From IMG/VR virus record IMGVR_UViG_3300025889_000100: a stretch of 64,000 nucleotides of DNA. One strand, given 5' to 3'. The stretch's first letter is position 1. Every line of letters begins with the position of its first letter. The notes beneath the pieces are model-generated. The model did not search any database. It was not told where the DNA came from and was given only the letters and a program-made list of their open reading frames with translations. This document shows, piece by piece, positions 28,545 through 37,638 of the stretch. Source of the stretch: an uncultured virus (IMG/VR IMGVR_UViG_3300025889_000100). Taxonomy: Duplodnaviria > Heunggongvirae > Uroviricota > Caudoviricetes. A program made the position numbers and the translations under genes.

Positions 28545-29744
28545 ATGAGCATCAGTATTAGTGCATCCAGAAATGATGATTTTCTCATCATTAAAAGCGA
28601 TGAACTGATGATTGGTGGTTATGCTTCAATTGAAATTGTTGATAAGCAAAATGACTTAATCACGCTTAAAGCATTAAACGAAGCAGTTCAAAAATTTATG
28701 TCAAAGTCTGAATATAGAAATGTAATGACAAATCATTCAAATGTTCAAGTCGGAGAGGTAGTAGATTCATATAGAGATAAAACAGGGAGATTGTGGAAAA
28801 CTGAAGTTGATGACGTTGGTTTCTTTGTTGTAATTAAATTAAGAGATGATATAGAAAAAGCCAAAGAAGTTGGTAGAAACATTCGCAAAGGGTCATTAAG
28901 GTCTTTTAGCATTGGTGGACAGGCATTAAAAAAGTCTAAGAAAAACCACGACGAATTAGGAGAATATAACGAAATTAGTAAGTTAGAACTCCATGAAGTA
29001 ACAATATGCGAAAAAGGAATTAATCCCGAAGCGAGATTCGATATTCTAAAACAGGATAAAGGAAGTGAAAAAATGTCTGATAAACTAGAAAAAGCATTGG
29101 AAGAATTAGACGCATTGATGGAAGAAGTCAATACGTTGAGAAAGGAAGAAGAAGAAGAAGGAAAGGAAGCATTAGAAATGGCTGACCCTAAAACGGAAGA
29201 AATGGAAATGTCTGATGAAAGTGAAGAAGAAATGGAATCTTCTGAATATGCTGATTTTGAAAGCGCAGATAAGGCATACCTCCGCACATTAGATGGTGCT
29301 GGTAATCAAATCGGTGAACCTGCTGATAGAATCGTCATTAACAATGGTCGCCCGACATCTTCGGATATGCCTGTTGTTAAGGCATTCGGAAACAATGAGT
29401 TAGAAACTCTTGATTTGTCCGTTGGCAACATTGAGAAGGCTTACGAGGCTTTCCGACAAGAACAACTTGAAAAGTTGGCTTATGATAACTTGCAAAAGTC
29501 TTTTGAAGACCGATTTGCAAGAGAAAAGAATGTAAGAGAGAATACTCTCGCAAAGTCGCAATATGACGCACAAAGCGAAATTGCTTCTCTAAAGGATGAA
29601 TTTACAGCATTGAGAAAGTCCTTAACTGCTGAAAAGGAAACAATCCTAAAGGCTCAAGAAGAGGCTAAGGTTGAACTCCCAAGTATTGATGATTTGGCCG
29701 AAATGGATTGGTCAGACATTCACAAGATGGTAGGAGGTTATTAA
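28545..29744 (+). CDS. HK97-type prohead protease fused to a C-terminal scaffold region
   Basis: GYAS...VDKQND, TNHSN, SFSIGG and LHEVTIC...INPEA motifs; acidic coiled-coil C-terminal half; directly upstream of the MCP. Confidence 0.92.
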   Translation: MSISISASRNDDFLIIKSDELMIGGYASIEIVDKQNDLITLKALNEAVQKFMSKSEYRNVMTNHSNVQVGEVVDSYRDKTGRLWKTEVDDVGFFVVIKLRDDIEKAKEVGRNIRKGSLRSFSIGGQALKKSKKNHDELGEYNEISKLELHEVTICEKGINPEARFDILKQDKGSEKMSDKLEKALEELDALMEEVNTLRKEEEEEGKEALEMADPKTEEMEMSDESEEEMESSEYADFESADKAYLRTLDGAGNQIGEPADRIVINNGRPTSSDMPVVKAFGNNELETLDLSVGNIEKAYEAFRQEQLEKLAYDNLQKSFEDRFAREKNVRENTLAKSQYDAQSEIASLKDEFTALRKSLTAEKETILKAQEEAKVELPSIDDLAEMDWSDIHKMVGGY

Positions 29745-29745
29745 G

Positions 29746-31080
29746 ATGACTGGATATATTAACACAATTGCAGATTTAGAAGCACAAACATACGGAACAG
29801 GCACTTTTGCTGGCAATTCTTTGCTTAAGCAAGCAGGAATGGTTGGTGGCATTCATACAGGACATGATGGTGGCCCATCTTTTAGCGGTTCAGCCGTTTC
29901 AGATGTTTCAGCCCTATACAACGTCGTTTACGGACAAAAAGTTTGGTCTATGTTGAATAGAGAAGTAAATGCTCTTTCAATGATTTCAAAGCGACCATAC
30001 TCTTCTAGCGGTTGGAGAGTTCTAAAGTCAAGACCTGCGGGTGGAAGCGGTAATCTATTTACTGTTGATACTTCGGGAACTGCTTCTTTAGGAGAATTAG
30101 GTTCTGATGACCCAAGAGCAGATTTAATTGGTGGTGTTCCTGAAAACGCTGCATTGTCTACATCAGCAGATGGTTTAGGCCCAATTGCACCAACATATGC
30201 TCAATTGAACATGAGTCCAAAGGTTATTGCTCATCAATTCGATTTCAGCGAATTGGCTATGGAAATGGCTCAGATTGACGATGGAATTGGCGATATTAGA
30301 GCGCAAATGCGTGAAGATATGGGCAAGCACCACGCAGAAGTTCAAAACAAGATGTTAGTTATGCCTTTGGAACATTTCGGTGAATCTGCGGCTATGCCTA
30401 ACATTACTAACAACTATACCTCATTAAACAAGGTTATCTCTTCAAGAGCAGAATTGTTGGCTATTGATGGTGGAGTTATCGCTACTGATACTACTTCTGC
30501 TTCTAACGCATTAGGACAGATTTACGGTAGTGAGAGATTTACTGCCGCATCTTTCCTAGATTCTGAAGTTGATTTTGGTTCGGGATATGCTTCTGGAAAT
30601 GTTCGTTCTTTGACTCTAACTCGTCTTAATGACATGATTAGAAACCTAAGACTTGCAGGTGGTTCACCAAAGGTTATTTTAACTGGATATGATACCATTC
30701 AAGCACTTGCTGACCTATTGCAAAGCCAAGAAAGATTTATGGACAGAAAGGAGATTGTTCCTACTGTAAATGGTGTTCGTGGAACAAAGGGTCAAGAAGT
30801 TGGATTTAGAGTTGCAACATACTATGATATTCCATTGATTCCTGTTAAGGACATGGCTACAACGGGTAATGCTTCAACAAAGTTATCTGACCTATTATTC
30901 CTCGATACTGACCATCTATGGCTTTCTGTTATGAAGCCAACTCAATACTTTGAGGATGGTATTGCGAATGGAAACCCATTTGGTGTTGGAACTCTCGGAA
31001 ACCGAGCATTGTATCGAACAATTGGTGAAGTCGGATGTTCCTTCTTTAAGGGTCAAGGTAAGATTACTAACATTCAATGA
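29746..31080 (+). CDS. Major capsid protein (HK97 fold)
   Basis: Position after the protease; 444 aa; halovirus-like segments (YGQKVWSMLNREVN, YYDIPLIP, LFLDTDHL). Confidence 0.9.
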   Translation: MTGYINTIADLEAQTYGTGTFAGNSLLKQAGMVGGIHTGHDGGPSFSGSAVSDVSALYNVVYGQKVWSMLNREVNALSMISKRPYSSSGWRVLKSRPAGGSGNLFTVDTSGTASLGELGSDDPRADLIGGVPENAALSTSADGLGPIAPTYAQLNMSPKVIAHQFDFSELAMEMAQIDDGIGDIRAQMREDMGKHHAEVQNKMLVMPLEHFGESAAMPNITNNYTSLNKVISSRAELLAIDGGVIATDTTSASNALGQIYGSERFTAASFLDSEVDFGSGYASGNVRSLTLTRLNDMIRNLRLAGGSPKVILTGYDTIQALADLLQSQERFMDRKEIVPTVNGVRGTKGQEVGFRVATYYDIPLIPVKDMATTGNASTKLSDLLFLDTDHLWLSVMKPTQYFEDGIANGNPFGVGTLGNRALYRTIGEVGCSFFKGQGKITNIQ

Positions 31081-31111
31081 GGAAAGGAAAAGAAAAAGGA
31101 GATGATTTATT

Positions 31112-31375
31112 ATGGCATGGACAACAACAGTTTTATTTGAAATGAATGTAGAAGGAAACCGAAAAATGGTATTTGGTAAGACAACAACCGATAGCGCAGA
31201 TGATGATGTAGCAACGGGCTTAAGCCGTGTTGATTCATTTCTGTTCTCCCATTCAGGTTCGGCAGTAGAAGGCGATTCCGCAGTAATTAAGGAAACATTA
31301 CCAAATACAGATGGAAACATCAATGTTATTTGCACATCAGGTGATGTTCTTTATTGGCTTGCAATTGGTCTTTGA
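31112..31375 (+). CDS. Small virion protein (head decoration/minor capsid candidate)
   Basis: Beta-rich, ends YWLAIGL, follows the MCP. Confidence 0.6.
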   Translation: MAWTTTVLFEMNVEGNRKMVFGKTTTDSADDDVATGLSRVDSFLFSHSGSAVEGDSAVIKETLPNTDGNINVICTSGDVLYWLAIGL

Positions 31376-31385
31376 GGTGATTTAA

Positions 31386-31739
31386 TTGGCAAATACAGTT
31401 ACATTATTAGCCGACCATAAGGGTTATACTAGACCTAGAGTTATGGGCGATGAATATATGGTTGATGCATCAATTGATATTCAAACATATAGCGCACCTG
31501 AAGTAGTTACTGCTGCTTCTTTAGGATTAAGCAGAATTAATAGGGCTGTTATTACGAGAATAGGCGGAGGACAACAAAAACATAGTTTTAACCTTGTTGG
31601 TGGGTCTGATAACCTAAACAACCTTTACTTAGAAGTAAATGTTGAAGATGGCACTAGCGGTATAGAAGCAGAATTGGCAGGTTCAAATACTTCCTTAGAT
31701 GGAACGCCTATTATTGTTAGAGTTTACGGTCTTATTTGA
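31386..31739 (+). CDS. Small virion protein (decoration candidate)
   Basis: TTG start after GAGGTGA; beta-rich. Confidence 0.6.
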   Translation: MANTVTLLADHKGYTRPRVMGDEYMVDASIDIQTYSAPEVVTAASLGLSRINRAVITRIGGGQQKHSFNLVGGSDNLNNLYLEVNVEDGTSGIEAELAGSNTSLDGTPIIVRVYGLI

Positions 31740-31749
31740 GGTGATTTGA

Positions 31750-32112
31750 ATGGTTACTGTTAAATTGACAGAAAGTAGTCAATTAGGTGGTAGGTATGTT
31801 ATTGAAGGATTAGAAGGGAGGACTGAGATTACTCGGAATGATTCTACTTCTGTTCCTTTACGCAGGGCTATTGTTGCTTTATCTGATTCAAACCTTATGT
31901 TTGAGTTTGATGAGTCAGATAGAGAAGGTCTGCTTAATCTTTCTGAAAAACTTTTAGAAATTGGTCTTAAAGAAATCGGAAAAGAAAGTGGAACTGCACA
32001 AGATTTGTGCGATGTTCTTCTTCCTAAGAAAGCAACCTCTAAACCTAAGAGCAAACCTAAGCCAAAGAAAACTTCAACAACGGCTAAAAAGTCTGCTTTA
32101 AGTGAAGATTGA
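31750..32112 (+). CDS. Hypothetical protein with Lys-rich tail
   Basis: ORF track; GAGGTGA RBS. Confidence 0.7.
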   Translation: MVTVKLTESSQLGGRYVIEGLEGRTEITRNDSTSVPLRRAIVALSDSNLMFEFDESDREGLLNLSEKLLEIGLKEIGKESGTAQDLCDVLLPKKATSKPKSKPKPKKTSTTAKKSALSED

Positions 32113-32163
32113 AACCGAAGTCTTAAGTAGGGAATCCTCCCTGCTCGTATTGAAGGTGATAAC

Positions 32164-32466
32164 ATGGCAAATCAGGTATGTCGTTCAAGTGGTGTTTTAG
32201 GTTCTGATGGAATTGTTAATAGGGAACAATCTCTATTGATTAGCATTCATGCAAACTTAATTATTGCAGGTAACGCTTTAGTTACAGTTAAGGTGTTTGA
32301 TGGAACAAGTGCAAGTGGAACAGAAATAGCGAGAATTACTCATTCTGTAACAGGTCATTATAACATTGAATATGATATGCATGGAGTATTATGCAGAAAT
32401 GGTATCTTTGTTCAGATTGTCGAGAACGGTTCTTCAACAGCAGAAGTTTCTGTTGAATTCGCTTGA
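32164..32466 (+). CDS. Small beta-sandwich virion protein candidate
   Basis: VKVFDGTSASGT...NGIFV pattern; preceded by a TATA-like CTTAAGTA box. Confidence 0.6.
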   Translation: MANQVCRSSGVLGSDGIVNREQSLLISIHANLIIAGNALVTVKVFDGTSASGTEIARITHSVTGHYNIEYDMHGVLCRNGIFVQIVENGSSTAEVSVEFA

Positions 32467-32475
32467 GGTGATAAA

Positions 32476-32874
32476 ATGCCAGCATTAAACACAGATACTC
32501 GTTTAGTTATGACTATTCTCTTTGTTGGAACAGTAAGCGGTGCTAATGTTTTCTTTTATGCAACTTATGGGACTACTTTCCCATATACGCCTTTAGCACA
32601 TTCTGTTCTCTTTGGTTTAATTACTGTTGGAACAATCATGGTTATGAAAGCCCTCTTTGATATTTCACTTAACGATAAGATTGAATTATGGTTATTAGAC
32701 CGTAAGATTAGTGCTTATTGGGCTAGAATGGCAAGAGATGAAGAACAAAGAAAGAAACTTCAAGATACTGCTAAATCATACAATCTTTCTCCCTATGCGG
32801 GATTAGCACCTATGGCACAGTCTTATGAATCAGAAAATACAGTTTCTTCTGATTTCTTGACTACGCTACAATAG
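32476..32874 (+). CDS. Membrane protein (2 predicted TM helices plus coiled coil)
   Basis: Two hydrophobic stretches (LVMTILFVGTVSGANVFFY; VLFGLITVGTIMVM). Confidence 0.75.
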   Translation: MPALNTDTRLVMTILFVGTVSGANVFFYATYGTTFPYTPLAHSVLFGLITVGTIMVMKALFDISLNDKIELWLLDRKISAYWARMARDEEQRKKLQDTAKSYNLSPYAGLAPMAQSYESENTVSSDFLTTLQ

Positions 32875-32882
32875 GTGAGTAA

Positions 32883-33101
32883 ATGGTTGTATCGGATTGG
32901 TTAGGTTTTAGCGATTCTGATTATGCGTATAATCAGCAAAGAGCGCATTCAGCAGACATTCTCTTTCTAAAAATGAGAATGTGGTTTTGGGCTAGTTGCG
33001 CTACGCTTTCAGCATTTTTAATTGGAAACATCATGGGTGTTTTTGATATTAATGTAATGGGTTGGTTATTTGATAACCTTCTCGGTGGGTGGGGTCATTA
33101 A
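32883..33101 (+). CDS. Small membrane protein
   Basis: Hydrophobic MWFWASCATLSAFLIGNIMGVF; TAATG-coupled to the GTPase. Confidence 0.7.
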   Translation: MVVSDWLGFSDSDYAYNQQRAHSADILFLKMRMWFWASCATLSAFLIGNIMGVFDINVMGWLFDNLLGGWGH

Positions 33102-33763
33102 TGTCATTAATGACAGGCTTTGCTATTTTAGTCGGAGAAGCAATATTAGGTTTTTACAAAAAAGTTCATGCAATTAATTTTGGAGTATATGGTGCAACAA
33201 TGGTTGGTAAAACTACATTACATCATCAATTAAGAACAAGAGGTGAAGTTCCGACAATACAGAAAAGAACTGTTGGTCGTCATCGAGCAACTAGAAAATC
33301 TATTAAATTAGATGGAGAAATGAATACTCTTAGAACATCAGATATTGGCGGAGAAGCAATGTATTGGAAAGAATGGGCTAAAGATATGCAAATGAGAAAA
33401 GTAAAATATGTTATATTTATGATTGACCATAGGCATTTAGATAAAGGCGGTAATTTAGACCATCAGGTAGCATGGAAATTCTTAGTTGATACAATTACAA
33501 ACGATAGGTGGCCTAGCGGTAAAAAGAAGAAAGAAGCAGATTATCCAATGGCAGTTGCTATTTGGGCAAACAAATATGATGTTTGGGGAGATAAATACAA
33601 GAGCGATGCACCGATTGACAAGCATCCAATTTTTGAACCTTTTAAATATGGTATGCAAAAATTAAATAATGTAGGAATACCGACGCATAAATATATTGTA
33701 TCGGCAAAATCCCAACCCGAAGCAGTTTATCAAGGAATATTTACGATGATTAAGGATTATTGA
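33101..33763 (+). CDS. Small GTPase, Arf/Sar1-like
   Basis: G1 GATMVGKTT, G3 DIGG, IFMID strand, G4 NKYD, G5 SAK; hydrophobic N-terminal helix. Confidence 0.85.
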   Translation: MSLMTGFAILVGEAILGFYKKVHAINFGVYGATMVGKTTLHHQLRTRGEVPTIQKRTVGRHRATRKSIKLDGEMNTLRTSDIGGEAMYWKEWAKDMQMRKVKYVIFMIDHRHLDKGGNLDHQVAWKFLVDTITNDRWPSGKKKKEADYPMAVAIWANKYDVWGDKYKSDAPIDKHPIFEPFKYGMQKLNNVGIPTHKYIVSAKSQPEAVYQGIFTMIKDY

Positions 33764-34193
33764 TTATTATGTGGTTTACAATTCTTAAGAAACCTTCTTG
33801 GTATAAAGAAAGTAATCCATATAAACCAAAAAAAGATAAAAAATTTCAATACATGGCAGATTTAACTCCTGATTGGGATGACATTCTAACATGGGAATCA
33901 AAGGATAAAAAAGCAAGAGGCGAGGCTACTTACCACGAATCATTTGAAACAGGTGAGTATATGTGGAATATTAGAGTCTTTACTATAAAAGAAGGAAATC
34001 AAGGAAAAGGAAATGCTAGAAAATATTTAAAAGAGTTTATTGAAGAATTAGATTCGCTAGAATATACAAACTCTCCCCCTTCTGTTTCAAAAATTAAAAA
34101 CCATGCATTAGGTTTTTGGGAAAAAATGAAAGAAGAAGGTTTAGTTTCAGATTTACAAAAATAATAAAAGGGACTATTGATTATTATGTGGTT
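33758..34193 (+). repeat. 19-bp direct repeat TATTGATTATTATGTGGTT (33758-33776, 34175-34193)
   Basis: Exact match spanning the start of two adjacent leader-motif genes. Confidence 0.9.
33769..34164 (+). CDS. GNAT-like acetyltransferase with leader (MWFTILK)
   Basis: NQGKGNARKYL motif A and ALGFWEKM motif B. Confidence 0.7.
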   Translation: MWFTILKKPSWYKESNPYKPKKDKKFQYMADLTPDWDDILTWESKDKKARGEATYHESFETGEYMWNIRVFTIKEGNQGKGNARKYLKEFIEELDSLEYTNSPPSVSKIKNHALGFWEKMKEEGLVSDLQK

Positions 34194-34743
34194 CGATATT
34201 CTTAAAAGTTTAAGACGTTATGCTCTTTCAGATAGTGATAAAATAAATAAAAAAGAAAGGCCAACAGGAACAGGAAGTAAGCCTAGAGGATTATGGTATT
34301 CTTTTTCACTAGGACAGGGATGGCTAAAATTTATGCAAGAAGAAAGACATTATAATTTGCAAGGAAAGATGGATTCATATAAGTATATTTTAGAACTTGA
34401 TACGTCTAGTGTTAATATTTTAAAAATAAATACTAAAAAGAAATTAGATTCCTTTATTAAAATCTACAAAATAAATCCTTCAGATGATATGGATGCTAAA
34501 TTTTGGTGGCCTTTGGTTGCTCTAAGGTATGATGGAATAGAATTTTCTAACGGTATGTATGCTAAACATGATACTATAAGAAGAAATTGGGATATGGATT
34601 CTGGTTGTATTTGGAACACCACTTCATTAAAAATAAAAAAAGTTAAACCATTAGAAGAAAGACAAAAAACTTATGTAAACCCTAGTATGAGAGAATACTA
34701 TAAAATGAGAGAAGAAGAGATGAAACGAAGGGAGAAAGATTAG
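34186..34743 (+). CDS. Protein with leader (MWFDILK) and KPRGLWYS...YDGIE...WDMDSGCIW domain
   Basis: Conserved-looking viral domain; an ADP-ribosyltransferase-like fold is only an inference. Confidence 0.7.
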   Translation: MWFDILKSLRRYALSDSDKINKKERPTGTGSKPRGLWYSFSLGQGWLKFMQEERHYNLQGKMDSYKYILELDTSSVNILKINTKKKLDSFIKIYKINPSDDMDAKFWWPLVALRYDGIEFSNGMYAKHDTIRRNWDMDSGCIWNTTSLKIKKVKPLEERQKTYVNPSMREYYKMREEEMKRREKD

Positions 34744-35406
34744 ATGTATCAAAACAACATTATACAACAAGTAGGAACAAATGGCGCACCTGTCGGCAAT
34801 ACTGTTAATCAGAATGTGCCGAATAGATTTTTGCCTAAATTACAACAGGCAAGAGCAAGTGGGCCAATCGAAGAATATAAGTTTAATAACTTTAAACCAA
34901 AGAAGAAACTAAAAGAATTAAGAAAGGTATTACTACCAGAAAAGAAGAAGTTTCTCTTTGTAAAATTCGGATATAAATTTAATCTCAAAGAAAGGTGTGT
35001 AGTTTGTGGAATGCATCATATTTGGGAAGCAGGAGATTATTTACGACCTCCTATTCCATTAGATAGAGTAGAGCGTGGAAGGCCATTAAGAGGAACTTAT
35101 TGTCCTAAACATGCCGCACACCATAAACAATTTGAAATGCTACAACAAGAAATTATTGCAGATGAACATGGATTAGATTTCAAAAGATTTATTCCTACTC
35201 CAAAAATGCCTAAAATGATGAAAGCAGGGCCAATTTATAATCTCACTAATGAGGATATTGTTGCCCTCTCATCAGTCGGATATGTTATAAAGCCCCCAGT
35301 CATATCACAAGATGAGTCGAAAGAGAGCGAAGTATTACGCTTAACATCGGAGTTAAAAACGATTAGTCAAAGACTTGATGTATTACTAAAAATTAAGGAG
35401 GAATAA
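34744..35406 (+). CDS. Zn-finger protein (CVVC...CPKH) with C-terminal coiled coil
   Basis: ORF track motifs. Confidence 0.75.
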   Translation: MYQNNIIQQVGTNGAPVGNTVNQNVPNRFLPKLQQARASGPIEEYKFNNFKPKKKLKELRKVLLPEKKKFLFVKFGYKFNLKERCVVCGMHHIWEAGDYLRPPIPLDRVERGRPLRGTYCPKHAAHHKQFEMLQQEIIADEHGLDFKRFIPTPKMPKMMKAGPIYNLTNEDIVALSSVGYVIKPPVISQDESKESEVLRLTSELKTISQRLDVLLKIKEE

Positions 35407-35408
35407 AC

Positions 35409-36065
35409 ATGGGAATGTTCGGAACAAGTAATGGAACTGTATTAAATGCAGTTCAACAACAATCAGATTCAAACTTTAAAACAGTTAATAACTTACTATC
35501 ATTACAAGAAAATCACGTTGAAGAGTTCTTTCAGTATCATGGAGAACTTTTCTTAAAGTCATTGGAAAAGTTGATGGAAGACGTTATTGAAAGAGTAATG
35601 AGTCAAATGCTAGGAAAGTTAGCATTTGTTCAAGACTCCACAACAAACAGAATGAAAATTGATTCAGATGCTATGCGTGAGTTTGAGCGCATTACACAAG
35701 AGAATATTGATTTAGATTTAAAGAATCTCTTAGATACCGCAATTAATACAGAAATTATTAATCAACGAAAACTTGCAAAACAGCAGTACCTAGAATCTCA
35801 AGGGTTCTCGGCAGGTGCAGGGCAAGTTTCAGCAGGTATGGCATTAGCAAACGTAACAGGAAATACTCAACAATTTAACCAAATGCAGGGTGCTATGAAC
35901 AATGGTTCAGGTTATCCCGTTCCTCCAAATGGAACGGATGGATATGGTCGCCCATATTGGATTGACCCACAAACAGGACAAATGAGTTATGAGCCACCAA
36001 CTTCAGGATTGGGCTTAGGTTCAGCAATTCAAAAAGGTGCGGCATGGGCAAAATGGTTAATGTGA
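35409..36065 (+). CDS. Helical protein with Q/G-rich region and amphipathic C-terminus
   Basis: Ends LGLGSAIQKGAAWAKWLM; contains GRPYWIDPQTGQ. Confidence 0.8.
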   Translation: MGMFGTSNGTVLNAVQQQSDSNFKTVNNLLSLQENHVEEFFQYHGELFLKSLEKLMEDVIERVMSQMLGKLAFVQDSTTNRMKIDSDAMREFERITQENIDLDLKNLLDTAINTEIINQRKLAKQQYLESQGFSAGAGQVSAGMALANVTGNTQQFNQMQGAMNNGSGYPVPPNGTDGYGRPYWIDPQTGQMSYEPPTSGLGLGSAIQKGAAWAKWLM

Positions 36066-36076
36066 GCGTGAATTAA

Positions 36077-37633
36077 ATGGTTAGTTTCTTATGGCGGGAA
36101 TATCCCACTATTACCAAAGATGAAACTAAGGTTAAAATTCAAAATGCTTTTTATGATGTATTAAAAGGAGTTTCTAAAGTTGATAATTTCACTTCAGAAA
36201 TTGATGCTTCTTTAAATAGCATTAAAGAAGGAACAAAAGAAGAACTTATAAATTTTATTCAGAATGCAATAGATGAAAAGATGGAAGATACTACTATTGA
36301 GAAGGCTTTTCATGATGCTGGAATTTTAGAAATTTATAAAGGGTTAAGCAAAGGTTCTGAGAAGTCGCAAGATATGGGATATATTAAAAGAATTATGAAA
36401 AACTTTGATAAGTCTTTGAAAGATTTAGAGAGTAGTTCTTCTTTGCAAAGACAGATTGAATTAAGAAGTAAAGATGTTAAACCTGATTCTATTGATTTGA
36501 TGAGTTCTAATTTTGGAGAAGATAGACTTAAAGATGTTCTTCTTCAGTTTTCAACAGAAAAAGGTGAAAGCGGTCAAGGGCTTCCATTTGTATCTACTAA
36601 AAATATGAAAACTGCTGAGGATTTAATTCGATTTCAAAGACTTGACCCCAACAAAGAAGGAGAAGAAATGATTAGACTTAAAAATGCTATTATTTTTAAG
36701 ACAAAAAAAGATTTCATTGATTGGCAAGAACTCACAAAGAAAAATCTATTATTAGAAGAAGGAGTTTTTTCGTCTTCCAGAAAGTCAAATAGAAAGGACA
36801 AAAAAGAAATAGATAATTTAATTTTAAAAGAATTAGATATTGAAAGCAACGTATATAAAAATCGTAAAGAATTAGAAGAAAAATTTCAAAGCGGGAACAA
36901 GGAGGAAAAAAACAGGGCATTGACGGAATTAGTATTTAACGTAATCCGAGAAAATGAATTAATCATTAGAGAATACTTAACTCCTATATTAAACAACCCT
37001 TATTTGATTTCAGAAATTATTTTGAAAATTACTCCTAGTCTTAAAAAACCGACATTAAGCGTTCTAGAACTAACCAATACTGATATGACAATTATTTTTA
37101 AATATTTAACGTCGGGTAAACTAACAAATTCAGACTTAAAAGATGTTACAAAGGAAAAATTTATTCAACCTTTATTTGAAAGTGTTGATGGAAAAATGCA
37201 ACCGATTAGAGAATTACCAGAAAATAAAAGAGAAGAATTCTTAGAAGAAAATTTTGGAAAGAATGAATTTGTTGATAGGGTCTTAGCAAAAGTAGAAAGT
37301 AGTCCACCTAAAAACATAGATAGAATGAAAGATGATTTTAGAATAATTATAAATGAATTAAAAAAGGAAGGAAAACCAGTTAAATTACAAGTATATGGAA
37401 AAGGATTCTCAATAGAAGAACCCGTAAAAGCAGGATTTAAGCGTTCAGAAGAAAAAGGAATCAAAGAAAGCGACATTCTTTCTAACTTAACCGTAGATAT
37501 TACAATAGAATTTAAACATGAAAAAATATTACGAATCGAACCTACAACATTAAAATCAGAAGATTCAAATAAAGTAGAAGCGTTTATGGATAAACTAGCA
37601 GATATAGTTGATGAACTAGAAGACTTAAGGTGA
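36077..37633 (+). CDS. Charged hypothetical protein (518 aa)
   Basis: Long ORF. Confidence 0.8.
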   Translation: MVSFLWREYPTITKDETKVKIQNAFYDVLKGVSKVDNFTSEIDASLNSIKEGTKEELINFIQNAIDEKMEDTTIEKAFHDAGILEIYKGLSKGSEKSQDMGYIKRIMKNFDKSLKDLESSSSLQRQIELRSKDVKPDSIDLMSSNFGEDRLKDVLLQFSTEKGESGQGLPFVSTKNMKTAEDLIRFQRLDPNKEGEEMIRLKNAIIFKTKKDFIDWQELTKKNLLLEEGVFSSSRKSNRKDKKEIDNLILKELDIESNVYKNRKELEEKFQSGNKEEKNRALTELVFNVIRENELIIREYLTPILNNPYLISEIILKITPSLKKPTLSVLELTNTDMTIIFKYLTSGKLTNSDLKDVTKEKFIQPLFESVDGKMQPIRELPENKREEFLEENFGKNEFVDRVLAKVESSPPKNIDRMKDDFRIIINELKKEGKPVKLQVYGKGFSIEEPVKAGFKRSEEKGIKESDILSNLTVDITIEFKHEKILRIEPTTLKSEDSNKVEAFMDKLADIVDELEDLR

Positions 37634-37638
37634 TACAA

